Below, in pieces: positions 33,874 through 48,412 of a stretch of 64,000 bases of DNA. The stretch comes from an uncultured delta proteobacterium. GTDB lineage: Bacteria; Myxococcota_A; Polyangia; Polyangiales; Polyangiaceae. The stretch spans positions 3,456,001 to 3,520,000 of the forward strand of contig CAWDXG010000004.1 in assembly GCA_963806225.1 (NCBI GenBank), in the 5' to 3' direction. The position numbers and the translations under genes are program-made. Position 1 is the first letter of the stretch; the number at the start of each line of letters is the position of its first letter. The notes under the pieces were generated by a model, which saw only the letters and a program-made list of their open reading frames with translations, was not told the origin of the DNA and did not search any database.

Positions 33874-34356
33874 TTAGCTAGCGGACTCTTCGGATGTGGG
33901 CTTCTGCGCGACGACCACCGCTTTGCCGCCGGCCTTCTCGATCTTCACGAGAGCCGACTTGCTGAAGCCGTGCGCGCTGACTTCGAGCTTCTTCGTGAGC
34001 TCGCCGTCGCCGAGGATCTTGATGCGCACGCCCCGCCCCTGGACCAGCCGCTCGCTCCTGAGCGCCGCCTCGTCGACCGTGGAGCCGGCGTCGAAGCGCT
34101 CGAGGTCGCCGACGTTGATGGCAACCGTCTTGATCGGGAAGGGCACGCGGAAGCCGCGCTTCGGTAGGCGTCGCTGCATCGGCGTCTGACCACCCTGGAA
34201 ATGCAGCTTGTTGATGTTGCCGCCGGAACGAGCCTTCTGGCCCTTCTGGCCGCGCCCACCCGTCTTGCCGAGACCGCTGCCCGTGCCGCGCCCCATGCGC
34301 TTTTCGGACTGCCGGGCACCGGCCGGAGGAGCCAGGCGGGACAGGATGTCGCTCAT
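33874..34356 (-). CDS. rplO: 50S ribosomal protein L15
   Basis: GRGTGSGLGKTGGRGQKGQKARSG and GGQTPMQRRLPKRGF. Confidence 0.97.
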   Translation of the reverse strand: MSDILSRLAPPAGARQSEKRMGRGTGSGLGKTGGRGQKGQKARSGGNINKLHFQGGQTPMQRRLPKRGFRVPFPIKTVAINVGDLERFDAGSTVDEAALRSERLVQGRGVRIKILGDGELTKKLEVSAHGFSKSALVKIEKAGGKAVVVAQKPTSEESAS

Positions 34357-34544
34357 GACTTCTTCTCCTGCACCTCGACGAGATGCATCACCTTCTTGAT
34401 CATGCCGCGGAACGACGGCGTGTTGTCGACCGTGACACTGGAGCCCGGTCCCCTGAGGCCAAGCCCTTTGAGGACACGACGCTGCGGATGCGGACGCCCG
34501 ATCTCACTGACGACCTGGCGGACCTCCAGCTTGACGGCATTCAT
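34353..34544 (-). CDS. rpmD: 50S ribosomal protein L30
   Basis: LKGLGLR...[17 protein letters not shown]; syntenic position. Confidence 0.93.
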   Translation of the reverse strand: MNAVKLEVRQVVSEIGRPHPQRRVLKGLGLRGPGSSVTVDNTPSFRGMIKKVMHLVEVQEKKS

Positions 34545-35125
34545 GACATGCCCCCAGGTTCGGTGGAGGCGACGATCGATGACGCCGCTGTGGCCTTGGC
34601 GGAGACCTTCGCCACCGGGTAGTCCGCGGCCACGTCTTCGACGTTCAGCCCGCGCGCGGAGGCGACAGTCTCGGGACCACGCAACGCCTTGAGTGCAGCG
34701 ACGGTCGCGTTGACGACGTTGTGCTTGTTCGACGAGCCCAGGCACTTGCTCAGGATGTCCTGGATGCCAGCGGACTCGACCACCGCGCGGACAGGACCGC
34801 CAGCGATGACGCCCGTACCCGGAGCAGCGGGCCTGAGCAGGACCTTGCCTGCCCCGAACTGGCCCACCACCGTGTGCGGCACCGTCGCGCCGATCATCGG
34901 CACCTTGAACAGGTTCTTGCGAGCCTGGTCGTTGCCCTTGCGGATGGCTTCCGGAACCTCGTTGGCCTTGCCGAGCCCGACGCCGACATGGCCGGCCTCA
35001 TCGCCCACGACCACGAGCGCCGAGAAGCTGAAGCGACGGCCACCCTTCACCACCTTGGCAACGCGGTTGATGTGGATGACGCGCTCCTTGAGCTTTTCCT
35101 CGTCCAACTGATCGAATGCCATCAT
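34541..35125 (-). CDS. rpsE: 30S ribosomal protein S5
   Basis: [16 protein letters not shown] and PGTGVIAGG. Confidence 0.98.
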   Translation of the reverse strand: MMAFDQLDEEKLKERVIHINRVAKVVKGGRRFSFSALVVVGDEAGHVGVGLGKANEVPEAIRKGNDQARKNLFKVPMIGATVPHTVVGQFGAGKVLLRPAAPGTGVIAGGPVRAVVESAGIQDILSKCLGSSNKHNVVNATVAALKALRGPETVASARGLNVEDVAADYPVAKVSAKATAASSIVASTEPGGMS

Positions 35126-35173
35126 TGACTCCTGGGGGTCTCCGACGTGCCGCTGCGGTCGCAGCAGCACGGT

Positions 35174-35530
35174 TCAGAACTGGAGACCGGCCTCCCGCGC
35201 AGCGTCGGCCAGAGCCTTCACGCGCCCGTGATAGAGGTAACCATTGCGGTCGAACACCACCTTGTCGACCTTCTTCTCGAGACAGATCTTCGCGATCAGG
35301 GCGCCGACCTTCTTGGCAGCGTCCATCTTCTTGTCGCCGTCGAGCGTTCCCTTGAGGTCGCGCGACAACGTGCAAGCGGCAGCAATCGTCTGCCCGGCGA
35401 CGTCGTCGACGACCTGGGCGTAGATATGCCGCGAGCTCTTGAACACACTCAGACGCGGACGCTCGTCCGTGCCCGAGATCTTGTTGCGGATGCGGAGCTT
35501 GCGCCGCTTACGACCGGTTAGCGCTTTCAT
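35174..35530 (-). CDS. rplR: 50S ribosomal protein L18
   Basis: [16 protein letters not shown] and [16 protein letters not shown]. Confidence 0.97.
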   Translation of the reverse strand: MKALTGRKRRKLRIRNKISGTDERPRLSVFKSSRHIYAQVVDDVAGQTIAAACTLSRDLKGTLDGDKKMDAAKKVGALIAKICLEKKVDKVVFDRNGYLYHGRVKALADAAREAGLQF

Positions 35531-35546
35531 CGCTTCTCTCCGTGAC

Positions 35547-36143
35547 CTACTTGCGGCCCTTGCCGGCCTTGCCCGCCTTGCGACGGATCTGCTCTCCGCG
35601 GTAGCGGACTCCCTTGCCACCATACGGCTCAGGCGGCCTGAGACTGCGCAACGAGGCAGCCACCTGACCGAGCCGGGCCTTGTCGGCCGAGCTCAGTACC
35701 AGCACCGCGCCCTTCGAGTCGCCCGGAACGACGGCCGAGACCCCTTCGGGCAGGGCGTACGCACTGGGATGCGAGAGCCCGAGCTGCAGCGTGATGGTGC
35801 GCCCCTTGACCTCTGCGCGGTAGCCGGTACCGACCAGCTCGAGCGTGCGCTCGTAGCCTTCCGCGGCGCCCTTGACCATGCTGGCCAGGAGTGCGCGCCC
35901 CAGCCCCTGCAGCCGGATCGCGTCGCGTCCCTTTGCCGAGCTCTGCACGCTGAGCACGTCACCCTCGCGGGTGATGCTGATGCTGCCCGGCAGCTCCTGC
36001 GACAGCTTGCCCTTCGGGCCCTGCACGTCGACCTTGCTGCCACTGATGTTGACGGTAACCCCCTTGGGCACCGGTACCGGGCGCTTGCCGATGCGCGATT
36101 GCTTGCGCACGGGCGTGCTTGTCTGCGTTTCGGCCGACATCAC
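35547..36143 (-). CDS. rplF: 50S ribosomal protein L6
   Basis: SRIGKRPV and [13 protein letters not shown]. Confidence 0.97.
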   Translation of the reverse strand: MMSAETQTSTPVRKQSRIGKRPVPVPKGVTVNISGSKVDVQGPKGKLSQELPGSISITREGDVLSVQSSAKGRDAIRLQGLGRALLASMVKGAAEGYERTLELVGTGYRAEVKGRTITLQLGLSHPSAYALPEGVSAVVPGDSKGAVLVLSSADKARLGQVAASLRSLRPPEPYGGKGVRYRGEQIRRKAGKAGKGRK

Positions 36144-36541
36144 CAGACCTCACACAAGAGTTCGCCGCCGACCTTCTTCTGGCGGGCTTCCTTGTCCGTC
36201 ATCAGACCGCGGGAGGTGCTCAGGATGGAGACGCCCAGACCACTGAGCACCCGCGGGATCTCGTCGTGGCGCACGTAGACGCGACGCCCCGGGCGGGAAA
36301 CCCTTTTCAGCCCGATGAAAGCCGCGCCGCGCTCACGCCCGTACTTGAGCGTGATCGTAATGGTCTGGCGCCTCTGCGGGCCCCATTCCTCGGTGCGCAC
36401 GTCGGCGATGAAGCCTTCCTGCTTGAGGATCTCGGCGATCGCCTTCTTCATCTTGCTCGCCGGGACGTGGGTGGTCTCGTGGCGAGCCATGGCCGCATTG
36501 CGGATGCGGGACAACATGTCGGCAACGGGATCGGTCATCAT
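36140..36541 (-). CDS. rpsH: 30S ribosomal protein S8
   Basis: [13 protein letters not shown] and SRPGRRVY. Confidence 0.98.
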   Translation of the reverse strand: MMTDPVADMLSRIRNAAMARHETTHVPASKMKKAIAEILKQEGFIADVRTEEWGPQRRQTITITLKYGRERGAAFIGLKRVSRPGRRVYVRHDEIPRVLSGLGVSILSTSRGLMTDKEARQKKVGGELLCEVW

Positions 36542-36545
36542 GGGA

Positions 36546-36731
36546 TCACCAACTCGCCTTCGTCACGCCGGGGAGCTCGCCCTTGAGTGCCAGCTGACGC
36601 ATGCATATGCGGCACAGCTTGAAGTCGCGGTACACACCCCGCGACCGACCGCACACATGGCAGCGGTTGACCACGCGGGTCGAGAACTTGGGAGGACGAT
36701 TCATCTTCGCCCATTGCGATGCACGTGCCAT
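36546..36731 (-). CDS. rpsN: 30S ribosomal protein S14, short zinc-binding type
   Basis: [10 protein letters not shown]...LCRICMR; 61 aa. Confidence 0.96.
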   Translation of the reverse strand: MARASQWAKMNRPPKFSTRVVNRCHVCGRSRGVYRDFKLCRICMRQLALKGELPGVTKASW

Positions 36732-36735
36732 CGAT

Positions 36736-37299
36736 TCAGCTCCTGAAAGGCATCCCGAGGCCGCCGAGTAGCGCCTTGGCCTCGTCGTTCGTCCCAGCCG
36801 AGGTGACGAAAGTAATGTTCATGCCCTTGATCATGTCGACCTTGTCGAAGTCGATCTCCGGAAACACGATCTGCTCCTTGAGACCCAGGGTGTAGTTGCC
36901 CGCGCCGTCGAAGGCCTTGGGGCTGGTACCGCGGAAGTCACGCACGCGCGGAAGGCTGAGCGTGACCAGTCGGTCGAGGAACTCCCACATGCGCTCGCGC
37001 CTGAGCGTCACCTTGACGCCGATAGGCATGTTCTCGCGCAGCTTGAATGTGGCGATCGACTTGCGGGCGCGCGTCACGATCGGCTTCTGGCCGGTGATGG
37101 CTGCCATCTCCTGCACTGCCGAATCGATGATCTTCGGGTTGGCGACCGCCTCACCGAGGCCCATGTTGACCACGATCTTCTGAAGCCGTGGCACCTGCAT
37201 CGGGTTCTTGTACCCGAAGCGCTTCATGAGCGACGGCACGACTTCCGCCTTGTACTTGTCGCGAAGCCGCGGCTCCACTGTGTGTTCTGCGTCTGCCAT
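36736..37299 (-). CDS. rplE: 50S ribosomal protein L5
   Basis: [11 protein letters not shown] and LPRVRDFRG. Confidence 0.98.
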   Translation of the reverse strand: MADAEHTVEPRLRDKYKAEVVPSLMKRFGYKNPMQVPRLQKIVVNMGLGEAVANPKIIDSAVQEMAAITGQKPIVTRARKSIATFKLRENMPIGVKVTLRRERMWEFLDRLVTLSLPRVRDFRGTSPKAFDGAGNYTLGLKEQIVFPEIDFDKVDMIKGMNITFVTSAGTNDEAKALLGGLGMPFRS

Positions 37300-37301
37300 G
37301 A

Positions 37302-37622
37302 CTAATCCTGGGACGGCGAGATCTCCGCCCCGCCCCTGACGGCGATGCGCGTCTTCTCGGTGCCTTCGTTCTGGTGACGAACGCGGGTCCGCTTGCCCGA
37401 TTCCGGATCCACCGGCATGACCTTGCTCGCGTGAAGGGGCGCCTCGACCTCGAGGATCCCGCCAGGGCGGTCCGGTGTGGCGCGGATGTGGCGCTTCACC
37501 ATGTTCACGCCCTCGACCACCACGGCGTTCTTTTCCGTGAGCACGCGGCTGATGCGCCCGCGCTTGCCCTTGTCGTTGCCGCGGATGACCACGACATCGT
37601 CGCCGACCCTCAGCCTTTCCAT
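37302..37622 (-). CDS. rplX: 50S ribosomal protein L24
   Basis: [16 protein letters not shown] and EAPLHASKV. Confidence 0.96.
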   Translation of the reverse strand: MERLRVGDDVVVIRGNDKGKRGRISRVLTEKNAVVVEGVNMVKRHIRATPDRPGGILEVEAPLHASKVMPVDPESGKRTRVRHQNEGTEKTRIAVRGGAEISPSQD

Positions 37623-37990
37623 CACAGCACCTCCGGTGCCAGCGAGATGATCTTCATGAACCGCTTGCCGCGCAGCTCGCGAGCCACGGGCCCGAAAATG
37701 CGGGTGCCCACCGGCTCCATCTGCGCGTTGATCAACACAGCGCTGTTCTCGTCGAACTTGATGTAGCTGCCGTCGGGGCGGCGATGCTCGCGCTTGGTGC
37801 GGACGACCACTGCCTTGGCGGTGTCGCCCTTCTTCACCTTGCTGTTCGGCAGGGCTTCCTTGACGCTCACGACGATGATGTCGCCGAGATGTGCGTAGCG
37901 ACGCCGCGACCCGCCCAGCACCTTGATGCACTGGACGACCTTCGCGCCGGAGTTGTCCGCGACGGCAAGAACGGACTCTGCCTGGATCAT
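37622..37990 (-). CDS. rplN: 50S ribosomal protein L14
   Basis: VADNSGAK and [12 protein letters not shown]. Confidence 0.98.
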   Translation of the reverse strand: MIQAESVLAVADNSGAKVVQCIKVLGGSRRRYAHLGDIIVVSVKEALPNSKVKKGDTAKAVVVRTKREHRRPDGSYIKFDENSAVLINAQMEPVGTRIFGPVARELRGKRFMKIISLAPEVL

Positions 37991-37991
37991 T

Positions 37992-38285
37992 TCAGCTCAG
38001 CTCCTGCACGGCGCGCTCGATGAGCCGGGTGACCATCCACCGCTTGTTCTTCGAGACGGGACGGTGCTCGAGGATCTCGACCCGGTCGCCTACGCGGTAC
38101 TCGTTCTTTTCGTCGTGCGCCTTGTACTTGCGGCGGACGCGGACGTACTTCTTGTACATCGGGTCCATTTTGTAGCGGACCACCTCGACCATGACCGTCT
38201 TGTCCATCTTGTTGCTGGACACGCGGCCAATGAGCGCACGGCGGCGGACCGGTCGCGTCCTTTCTGCCTCGGCTGCGTCGCTCAT
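37992..38285 (-). CDS. rpsQ: 30S ribosomal protein S17
   Basis: SNKMDKTV and RPVSKNKRW. Confidence 0.97.
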   Translation of the reverse strand: MSDAAEAERTRPVRRRALIGRVSSNKMDKTVMVEVVRYKMDPMYKKYVRVRRKYKAHDEKNEYRVGDRVEILEHRPVSKNKRWMVTRLIERAVQELS

Positions 38286-38502
38286 GACTCGTCTCCTTGT
38301 TCACCCGCGGCCGCCTCGAGCTTGCGCCCATGGAGGATCAGCTCGATGCGGGAGATATCCTTCCGCGATTTATCGATCAGGCTCGTGTCATCGAGCTGGT
38401 TCGTGAAGTTCTTCATCCGGTAGGAGAAGAGATCCTTCTTGATCATCGACTTCAGCTCGACGAGATCCTCCGTCGAGCGCTCGCGCAGATCCTTGGCCTT
38501 CA

Positions 38503-38506
<4 letters not shown>
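38282..38506 (-). CDS. rpmC: 50S ribosomal protein L29
   Basis: MKAKDLRE...RKDISRI; syntenic position. Confidence 0.93.
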
Positions 38507-38916
<410 letters not shown>

Positions 38917-38919
38917 GAC

Positions 38920-39615
38920 TCACTCGTTCGGGATGCGGCGGGCCTTGCGCTGAAGGACCTCGCCTTTGAAAATCCAGACCTTGATGCCGATGCTGCCCTG
39001 GGTGGTGCGGGCCTCGGCGAGACCAAAGTCGACATCCGCGCGCAGGGTGTGCAGCGGGACGCGACCCTCGCGGTACGTCTCGACGCGCCCCATCTCGGAG
39101 CCGCCCAGACGACCGGCGCAGCGGATGCGCACGCCCTTGGCGCCGAACTTCATGGCCGTCGACAGCGCCTTCTTCATTGCGCGACGGAAAGCGATGCGCC
39201 GCTCGAGCTGCGTGGCGATGTTCTCGGCGACGAGCTGCGCGTTGGTCTCGGCCTTGCGCACTTCCTGCACGTCGATGAACACCTCGTTGTCGGTGAACGA
39301 CTGCACGCCGGCGAAACGGGTTTCGCCCTTGGCTGCGCTGTCGAGGTTACCGCTCTTGAGGATCTCGATGCCCTTGCCACCCTTGCCGATCACCATGCCG
39401 GGGCGAGCCGTGTAGACGATGACCTTCGCCTTGTTTGCAGCGCGCTCGACCTCCACGCTCGCGACGTTCGCGTTGTAGAGGTAGTCCTTGACCGCGCGCT
39501 TGATGCGAATGTCCTCGTGCAGCCACTTGGTGTACTGCTTGTCCTCGTACCACTTGCTGGTCCACGTCTTGATGACGCCGAGGCGAAAGCCGTACGGATG
39601 CGTCTTCTGTCCCAT
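38920..39615 (-). CDS. rpsC: 30S ribosomal protein S3
   Basis: [13 protein letters not shown] and [11 protein letters not shown]. Confidence 0.98.
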   Translation of the reverse strand: MGQKTHPYGFRLGVIKTWTSKWYEDKQYTKWLHEDIRIKRAVKDYLYNANVASVEVERAANKAKVIVYTARPGMVIGKGGKGIEILKSGNLDSAAKGETRFAGVQSFTDNEVFIDVQEVRKAETNAQLVAENIATQLERRIAFRRAMKKALSTAMKFGAKGVRIRCAGRLGGSEMGRVETYREGRVPLHTLRADVDFGLAEARTTQGSIGIKVWIFKGEVLQRKARRIPNE

Positions 39616-39642
39616 GTCGCCGTGTTCTCCGCTCGCTGCGCG

Positions 39643-39984
39643 CTAGCGCTGATCGAGCTCGATGTGGATGTGGCTGATGCCCTTGGTTACACGCGTGGCG
39701 CGGCCCATCGCGCGCGGACGCCAGCGGCGCATGTGCGCATCGGGCGCCTTGTCTACCGTGGCCTTGCTGACGAACAGCTCGTCCACGTCGACATCGGGGC
39801 GTTTGGAGCGCGCGTTCGCGATGGCACTCGCGATCAGCTTCTTGACGAAGGGCGCGCCCGCCTTCGGGGTGAAGTCCAGAAGCTGGAGAGCTTCCGACGC
39901 ATCACGCCCGCGGACGAGGTTGACGATCATGCGCGCTTTGCGCGGACTGATCCTCTGGTACTTAGCTTTTGCCTGGCTGATCAT
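39643..39984 (-). CDS. rplV: 50S ribosomal protein L22
   Basis: RISPRKAR and RPRAMGRA. Confidence 0.97.
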   Translation of the reverse strand: MISQAKAKYQRISPRKARMIVNLVRGRDASEALQLLDFTPKAGAPFVKKLIASAIANARSKRPDVDVDELFVSKATVDKAPDAHMRRWRPRAMGRATRVTKGISHIHIELDQR

Positions 39985-40186
39985 CGCGACAGTTTCCTTT
40001 GCTGGACCCGTCGTCCCCCGAGGCGGCGAATCCGCTGCCCCGGCAACCGTCATTCCGGCAGCTGCCGCGGCAGAAAAACAATGGCGGCCCCGAGGGGCCG
40101 CGCCGCGCGCCGCCTACCGGGGCGGCTGTCGCCGCCCGCCCCGCCGACAATGCCGGTACGGGAAGGGCGCCGAAAAAGGGGACCGC

Positions 40187-40215
40187 TTACTAGCAAAGGG
40201 GGACCGGCTGCGCAA
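40187..40215 (-). promoter_or_regulatory. Candidate internal promoter for rplV and downstream ribosomal genes
   Basis: Minus strand TTGCGC-N17-TAGTAA with a TG extension, in the long rplV upstream gap. Confidence 0.4.
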
Positions 40216-40424
40216 GCGGCGCGAAGCGACTTCGCCTTGTTTTCGCGCTACTGCTCATCCGTACCCCGATCGCCATTCCAGTGTCGACGCAATTGCGGCC
40301 GGGTCGGGCGGGGGCTCGCCCGGCGCTGCATCGATCGACCGCGGGGACCGTCGAACCTGGACGGGCTCGCGCCCACCGGGCGGGAGCTAGCACCCCTGGA
40401 CTTCTTGATGGGAGGGCCTTTCGC

Positions 40425-41305
40425 ATGCGCATGAACCTCGAACGCTTCCTGGCGACGACAGCGATACTTGCGGTGGCGGCTGCAGCAGGCGCCGGCTGCG
40501 TCGTCAACCAGACCGTGACGCCGGGCAACGACGCCGGCACCGGCGGCTCGGGCGGCGGCAGCGCGGGTAGCGGCGGCAGCGCGGGCAGCGGCGGCAGCGC
40601 GGGCACGGCGGCGGCAGCGCGGGCAGCGGCGGCAGCGCGGGCAGCGGCGGCAGCGCGGGCAGCGGCGGCAGCGCGGGCAGCGGCGGCAGCGCGGGCAGCG
40701 GCGGCAGCGCGGGCAGCGGCGGCAGCGCGGGCAGCGGCGGCAGCGGCGGCAGCGCGGGCAGCGGCGGAGCCGGTGGTACGGGCGGGGCCGATGGCGGCGC
40801 CTGCCTGGGCGACACCAGCACGAGCGACGCCGGCACCATTCCGCAGAACGCCTGCGACAGCCTGCCGTACGCGAGCACGACCTGCAGCGTCGACGGCGGC
40901 TCGACGATCCCCATCGCGCTCGACTTCTGCCAGCGGATGCAGAAGCACGCGCGTGCTGGCGTGTTCGAGGCGTTCGAGAACTGCCTCGCGAACATCACGG
41001 GCGACGCCTGCAACGACGCGGCCCGCGCCACCGACGTGCAGAAGTGCATCGACCAGGTGTTCCCCCAGGCCTGCGTCGCTCCGCCCTTCGCCTACGACGG
41101 CGGCTCGGTGAGCTGCGCCGACGTGGCTGGCTCCTGCAACGGGATCAGCGAAGCCCAGTGCAACGCCGCGATCAGCGCGTACGATGCCACGACGCGCGAG
41201 GACATCTACTACTGCTACGACGGCCAGACGACGACGACGCCGAACACCGGCGACTGCGCGACGGACTTCGTGGACTGCGCGTACTACATCGACGACTATC
41301 TGTAG
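40425..41305 (+). CDS. Putative lipoprotein with (GGSAGS)n linker and 14-Cys acidic domain (frameshift near 40605)
   Basis: MRMNLERFLATTAILAVAAAAGAGC lipobox, Gly/Ser repeat, then a Cys-rich domain ending DCAYYIDDYL. Confidence 0.75.
40554..40766. repeat. 18-bp tandem repeat ggcggcagcgcgggcagc (about 11-12 copies)
   Basis: Directly visible. Confidence 0.9.
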
Positions 41306-41378
41306 GCGGCCAACCGGAGGCGGCGCTCGGTGACTGGACCGGTGCGCCGTCCGCAGATCCGGTGACCTGCGAGCAAGC

Positions 41379-41660
41379 CTAGCGCTTGCCCTTGCCCTTC
41401 TTGTCGCCCGCGTGACCGTGGAACGTCCGGGTCGGAGCGAACTCGCCCAGCTTGTGCCCGACCATGTTCTCGGTAACGAACACCGGCACGAACTTGCGGC
41501 CGTTGTGGACGGCGAAGGTGAGCCCCACTGCTTCCGGGAAGATCGTGGAACGGCGCGACCAGGTCTTGATGACCTTCTTTGAACCCGAGGACCGGGCGTC
41601 CTCGATCTTCTTGAACAGGTGGCCGTCGATGAACGGGCCCTTGTTGATACTACGCGCCAT
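41379..41660 (-). CDS. rpsS: 30S ribosomal protein S19
   Basis: KTWSRRSTI and [13 protein letters not shown]. Confidence 0.98.
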   Translation of the reverse strand: MARSINKGPFIDGHLFKKIEDARSSGSKKVIKTWSRRSTIFPEAVGLTFAVHNGRKFVPVFVTENMVGHKLGEFAPTRTFHGHAGDKKGKGKR

Positions 41661-41663
41661 TGG

Positions 41664-42492
41664 TCACTTCGCCTTCCGCTTCTTGACGATCATGGAATCG
41701 GTGCGCTTGTTGTTGCGCGTCTTCATGCCCTTGGCGAGCTTGCCCCAGGGCGAGCACGGGTGACGGCCACCGCTAGTGCGGCCTTCGCCGCCGCCCATCG
41801 GATGATCGACGGGGTTCATGGTGACGCCGCGGTTGTGCGGGCGCCGGCCGAGCCAGCGGGCACGCCCGGCCTTGCCGAGCTTGATGTTCTGGTGCTCGAT
41901 GTTGGAAACCTGTCCAATGGTCGCCCGGCACAGCACGTGGATGCGCCGCACCTCGCCGCTGGGCAGCTTGACCTGGGCGTAGTCGCCGTCCTTGGCCATG
42001 AGCTGGGCGGCGACGCCGGCCGAACGGACCAGCTGTCCACCCTTGCCCCGCTTCATCTCGATGTTGTGGATCGTCGTGCCTGCGGGGATGTCGTGCAAGC
42101 GCCAGGCAGTTGCCGGGGCGGATGTCCGCTTCGCGGCTCGAGATGATCTCGTCGCCCTGCTTGAGCCCGTCGGGAGCCAGGATGTAGCGCTTCTCGCCGT
42201 CGGCATAGTGGAGCAGAGCGATGCGTGCGGTGCGGTTCGGGTCGTACTCGATGTGAGCAACCTTCGCCGGCACGCCGATCTTGTTCCGCTTGAAGTCGAT
42301 GATGCGATAGCGCTTCTTGTGACCGCCGCCGCGGAAGCGGCTGGTCACCCGTCCGTAGTTGTTGCGCCCGCCGGTGCTGGACTTGGCGTCCAGCAGCTTG
42401 CGCAGCGGCTTGTCGGTCGTGATGTCCGCGAAGTCGCTGCAGGTGTAGAAGCGGCGACCCGCCGATGTCGGCTTGAAGGCCCGGATACCCAT
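41664..42492 (-). CDS. rplB: 50S ribosomal protein L2 (frameshift near 42100)
   Basis: [13 protein letters not shown] and [17 protein letters not shown]. Confidence 0.97.
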
Positions 42493-42496
42493 CGGT

Positions 42497-42790
42497 CTAC
42501 TCCTCGGATTCCTCGAAGAACTGGATGTCGTCGCCCGTACGCAGCGTGACGATCGCCTTCTTCCAGTTACGTCGCTTGGCCAGACGGCGTCCCATGCGCT
42601 TGCGCTTGCCGCGCTGCACGAGTGTGTTCACGTCGGTGACCTTGACATCGAATAGCGTCTCGACCGCGTCGCGGATCTGCATCTTGTTGGCTTCGGGCGC
42701 GACCTCGAACACGACCTGGTTGTTTTCTTTGAGGCGGGAAGCCTTCTCGGTCAGCGCGATCGGGCGCTTGATGATGTGCTCGGGATTCAT
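42497..42790 (-). CDS. rplW: 50S ribosomal protein L23
   Basis: LTEKA, VFEV...ANK and WKKAIVTL. Confidence 0.96.
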   Translation of the reverse strand: MNPEHIIKRPIALTEKASRLKENNQVVFEVAPEANKMQIRDAVETLFDVKVTDVNTLVQRGKRKRMGRRLAKRRNWKKAIVTLRTGDDIQFFEESEE

Positions 42791-43422
42791 GACTTCTCTC
42801 CCAGGCAGCGGGCCTCGAGCGCCTTGGCGGCATCCTTCGACACGACCAGATGGTCGTGACGCAGGAGGTCGTAGACGTTGACGCCTTCGGGCGGCAGGAA
42901 CTGGTTGTCGCTCATGTTGCGGATCGACAGCCTGAGCGTCTCGTTGCCCTTGTCGTCGACCACCAGCACCTTCGTGGGCGCCTGGAGCGTCGACAGCACA
43001 CTGGCGAGCTTCTTGGTCTTGATCTCGCCGAGGTCGATGTTCTCGACCACGGTCAGACGACCTTCCTTGAGCATCAAGCTCAAGGCGCTCTTCAGGGCAC
43101 CGATGCGCACGCGGCGCGGCGGCCGGTAGCTCCAGTCCTGCGGCTTCGGGGGATGGGCCCGCCCGCCGCCGACGAAGATCGGCGCGCGGATGGAACCGTG
43201 ACGCGCGCGACCTGTGCCCTTCTGCCGGTAGATCTTCTTGCTCGAACCGCGCACTGCGGCGCGCTCCTTGCCGGCACGGGTGCCTGCGCGACGCGATGCG
43301 AGCTGCGCAGTGACCACTTCGTGGAAGAGGTGTTCCTTGACCTCGGCGGCAAATACCTCGTCCGCCAGGTCCACCTCGCCCACCTTTTCGCGCTTGAGGT
43401 TGAAAACGTTGACCTTCGCCAT
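42787..43422 (-). CDS. rplD: 50S ribosomal protein L4
   Basis: [17 protein letters not shown]. Confidence 0.97.
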   Translation of the reverse strand: MAKVNVFNLKREKVGEVDLADEVFAAEVKEHLFHEVVTAQLASRRAGTRAGKERAAVRGSSKKIYRQKGTGRARHGSIRAPIFVGGGRAHPPKPQDWSYRPPRRVRIGALKSALSLMLKEGRLTVVENIDLGEIKTKKLASVLSTLQAPTKVLVVDDKGNETLRLSIRNMSDNQFLPPEGVNVYDLLRHDHLVVSKDAAKALEARCLGEKS

Positions 43423-43432
43423 GGAGCCCTCT

Positions 43433-43744
<312 letters not shown>

Positions 43745-43826
43745 CGCTACACTTTGCTTTCTCCAGGGGGGGACGAGAGCGGCCGGCACGTGGCGAACAC
43801 TGCCAGCCGACACCCGGCGCGTTCGC

Positions 43827-45017
<1,191 letters not shown>

Positions 45018-45033
45018 CGGATCCTCTCTTCTC

Positions 45034-47151
<2,118 letters not shown>

Positions 47152-47400
47152 GTTGGTCTCTTGATTTCCGGAAAGGTCCTGTTCGGGGGCGTCACAGACG
47201 AAACCCCCTCCGGCTTCCAGCTCCCCGTCGTTTTCGGGGGCTTCTTCATTCCGGAAGGGGTGTCGGGGTACGTCGAGCCGTCTCATCGACGGGACGCCAG
47301 AGGCGCCTTTCGCGTAACCCGATCCTATGTCGTCGCCAGCATTGCTGTCCTGGTTGACTCCGTGCTGCTTCGTCCCTTTGGAAAAATCGAGCTGCCGCCG

Positions 47401-47871
47401 CTACCAGCGGTAGTGCGCGAACGCCTTGTTCGCGTCGGCCATCTTGTGCGTGTCGTCCTTCTTCTTCACCGCGTTGCCGCGCAGCTGCGCTGCGTCGACG
47501 AGCTCGGCTGCGAGGCGCTCCCGCATCGTCTTCTCGCCGCGGTTGCGCGAGTACTGCACGAGCCAACGCATCCCGAGCGCGACCCTCCGCTCCGGCCGGA
47601 CCTCGACAGGCACCTGGTAGGTGGCACCGCCGACGCGCCGGCTCTTGACCTCGAGCTTCGGCTTCACGTTGTCGAGAGCCTTGCGGAACACCTCGAGCGG
47701 GTCTTCCTTGAAGCGCGAGTTGATGATGTCGAACGCGCCGTAGAGGATACCCTCGGCGACTGATTTCTTGCCGTCGAGCATCAAGGAGTTGGTGAACTTC
47801 GCCACCAGCTTGTCCTTGTACTTCGGGTCGGGAGTGATCTTCCGCTTGGGAACGTCGCGCCTGCGGGGCAT
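47401..47871 (-). CDS. rpsG: 30S ribosomal protein S7
   Basis: [12 protein letters not shown] and [10 protein letters not shown]. Confidence 0.98.
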   Translation of the reverse strand: MPRRRDVPKRKITPDPKYKDKLVAKFTNSLMLDGKKSVAEGILYGAFDIINSRFKEDPLEVFRKALDNVKPKLEVKSRRVGGATYQVPVEVRPERRVALGMRWLVQYSRNRGEKTMRERLAAELVDAAQLRGNAVKKKDDTHKMADANKAFAHYRW

Positions 47872-47883
47872 CGCTGTTTCCTC

Positions 47884-48282
47884 TTACTGCTTGGGGCGCT
47901 TGACGCCGTACTTGGAACGCTTGCGGTTACGGTTGGCCTTGTTGGTGCTGCTAGGCCCTGCGGCGCCGGAGGCGTCGAGCGTCCCGCGCACAACGTGATA
48001 GCGGACACCGGGGAGGTCCTTCACGCGGCCTCCGCGGATGAGCACGACGCTGTGCTCCTGAAGGTTGTGACCCTCGCCCGGAATGTAGCTCGTGACCTCC
48101 ATGCCGTTGGTCAGACGCACGCGGCACACCTTGCGAAGAGCCGAGTTCGGCTTCTTCGGTGTGGTCGTATACACGCGCACGCACACGCCGCGCTTCTGCG
48201 GGCATGCGCGCAGCGCGGGAGACGCCGTCTTTACGTTGATGGCGCGTCGGCCTGAGCGGATGAGCTGCTGGATCGTCGGCAT
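47884..48282 (-). CDS. rpsL: 30S ribosomal protein S12
   Basis: [11 protein letters not shown] and [12 protein letters not shown]. Confidence 0.98.
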   Translation of the reverse strand: MPTIQQLIRSGRRAINVKTASPALRACPQKRGVCVRVYTTTPKKPNSALRKVCRVRLTNGMEVTSYIPGEGHNLQEHSVVLIRGGRVKDLPGVRYHVVRGTLDASGAAGPSSTNKANRNRKRSKYGVKRPKQ

Positions 48283-48326
48283 GGGATCGCGGAAATGTGG
48301 GAGGTGCCCGGTTTTGGGGGAACGGG

Positions 48327-48354
48327 AGGGTAGCCGGAGGGCAGTTCATGTCAA
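48327..48354 (-). promoter_or_regulatory. Sigma70-type promoter of the str operon
   Basis: Minus strand TTGACA-N16-TACCCT, about 45 bp upstream of rpsL. Confidence 0.65.
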
Positions 48355-48412
48355 GGGAAGGTTTCCGGGCCCCCGCTCCGGCGGCCCTCGGGCGCCCCGC
48401 CCTGGCCCTGCG

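Noticed and set aside
40554..40766. (ARAAAA)n protein in ORF 40281..41111, or a CRISPR/iteron array
   Set aside because: Wrong-frame reading of a GGSAGS linker after a single-base loss near 40605
39985..41378. Mobile element inserted in the S10 operon
   Set aside because: No transposase, integrase, terminal inverted repeats or target duplication seen
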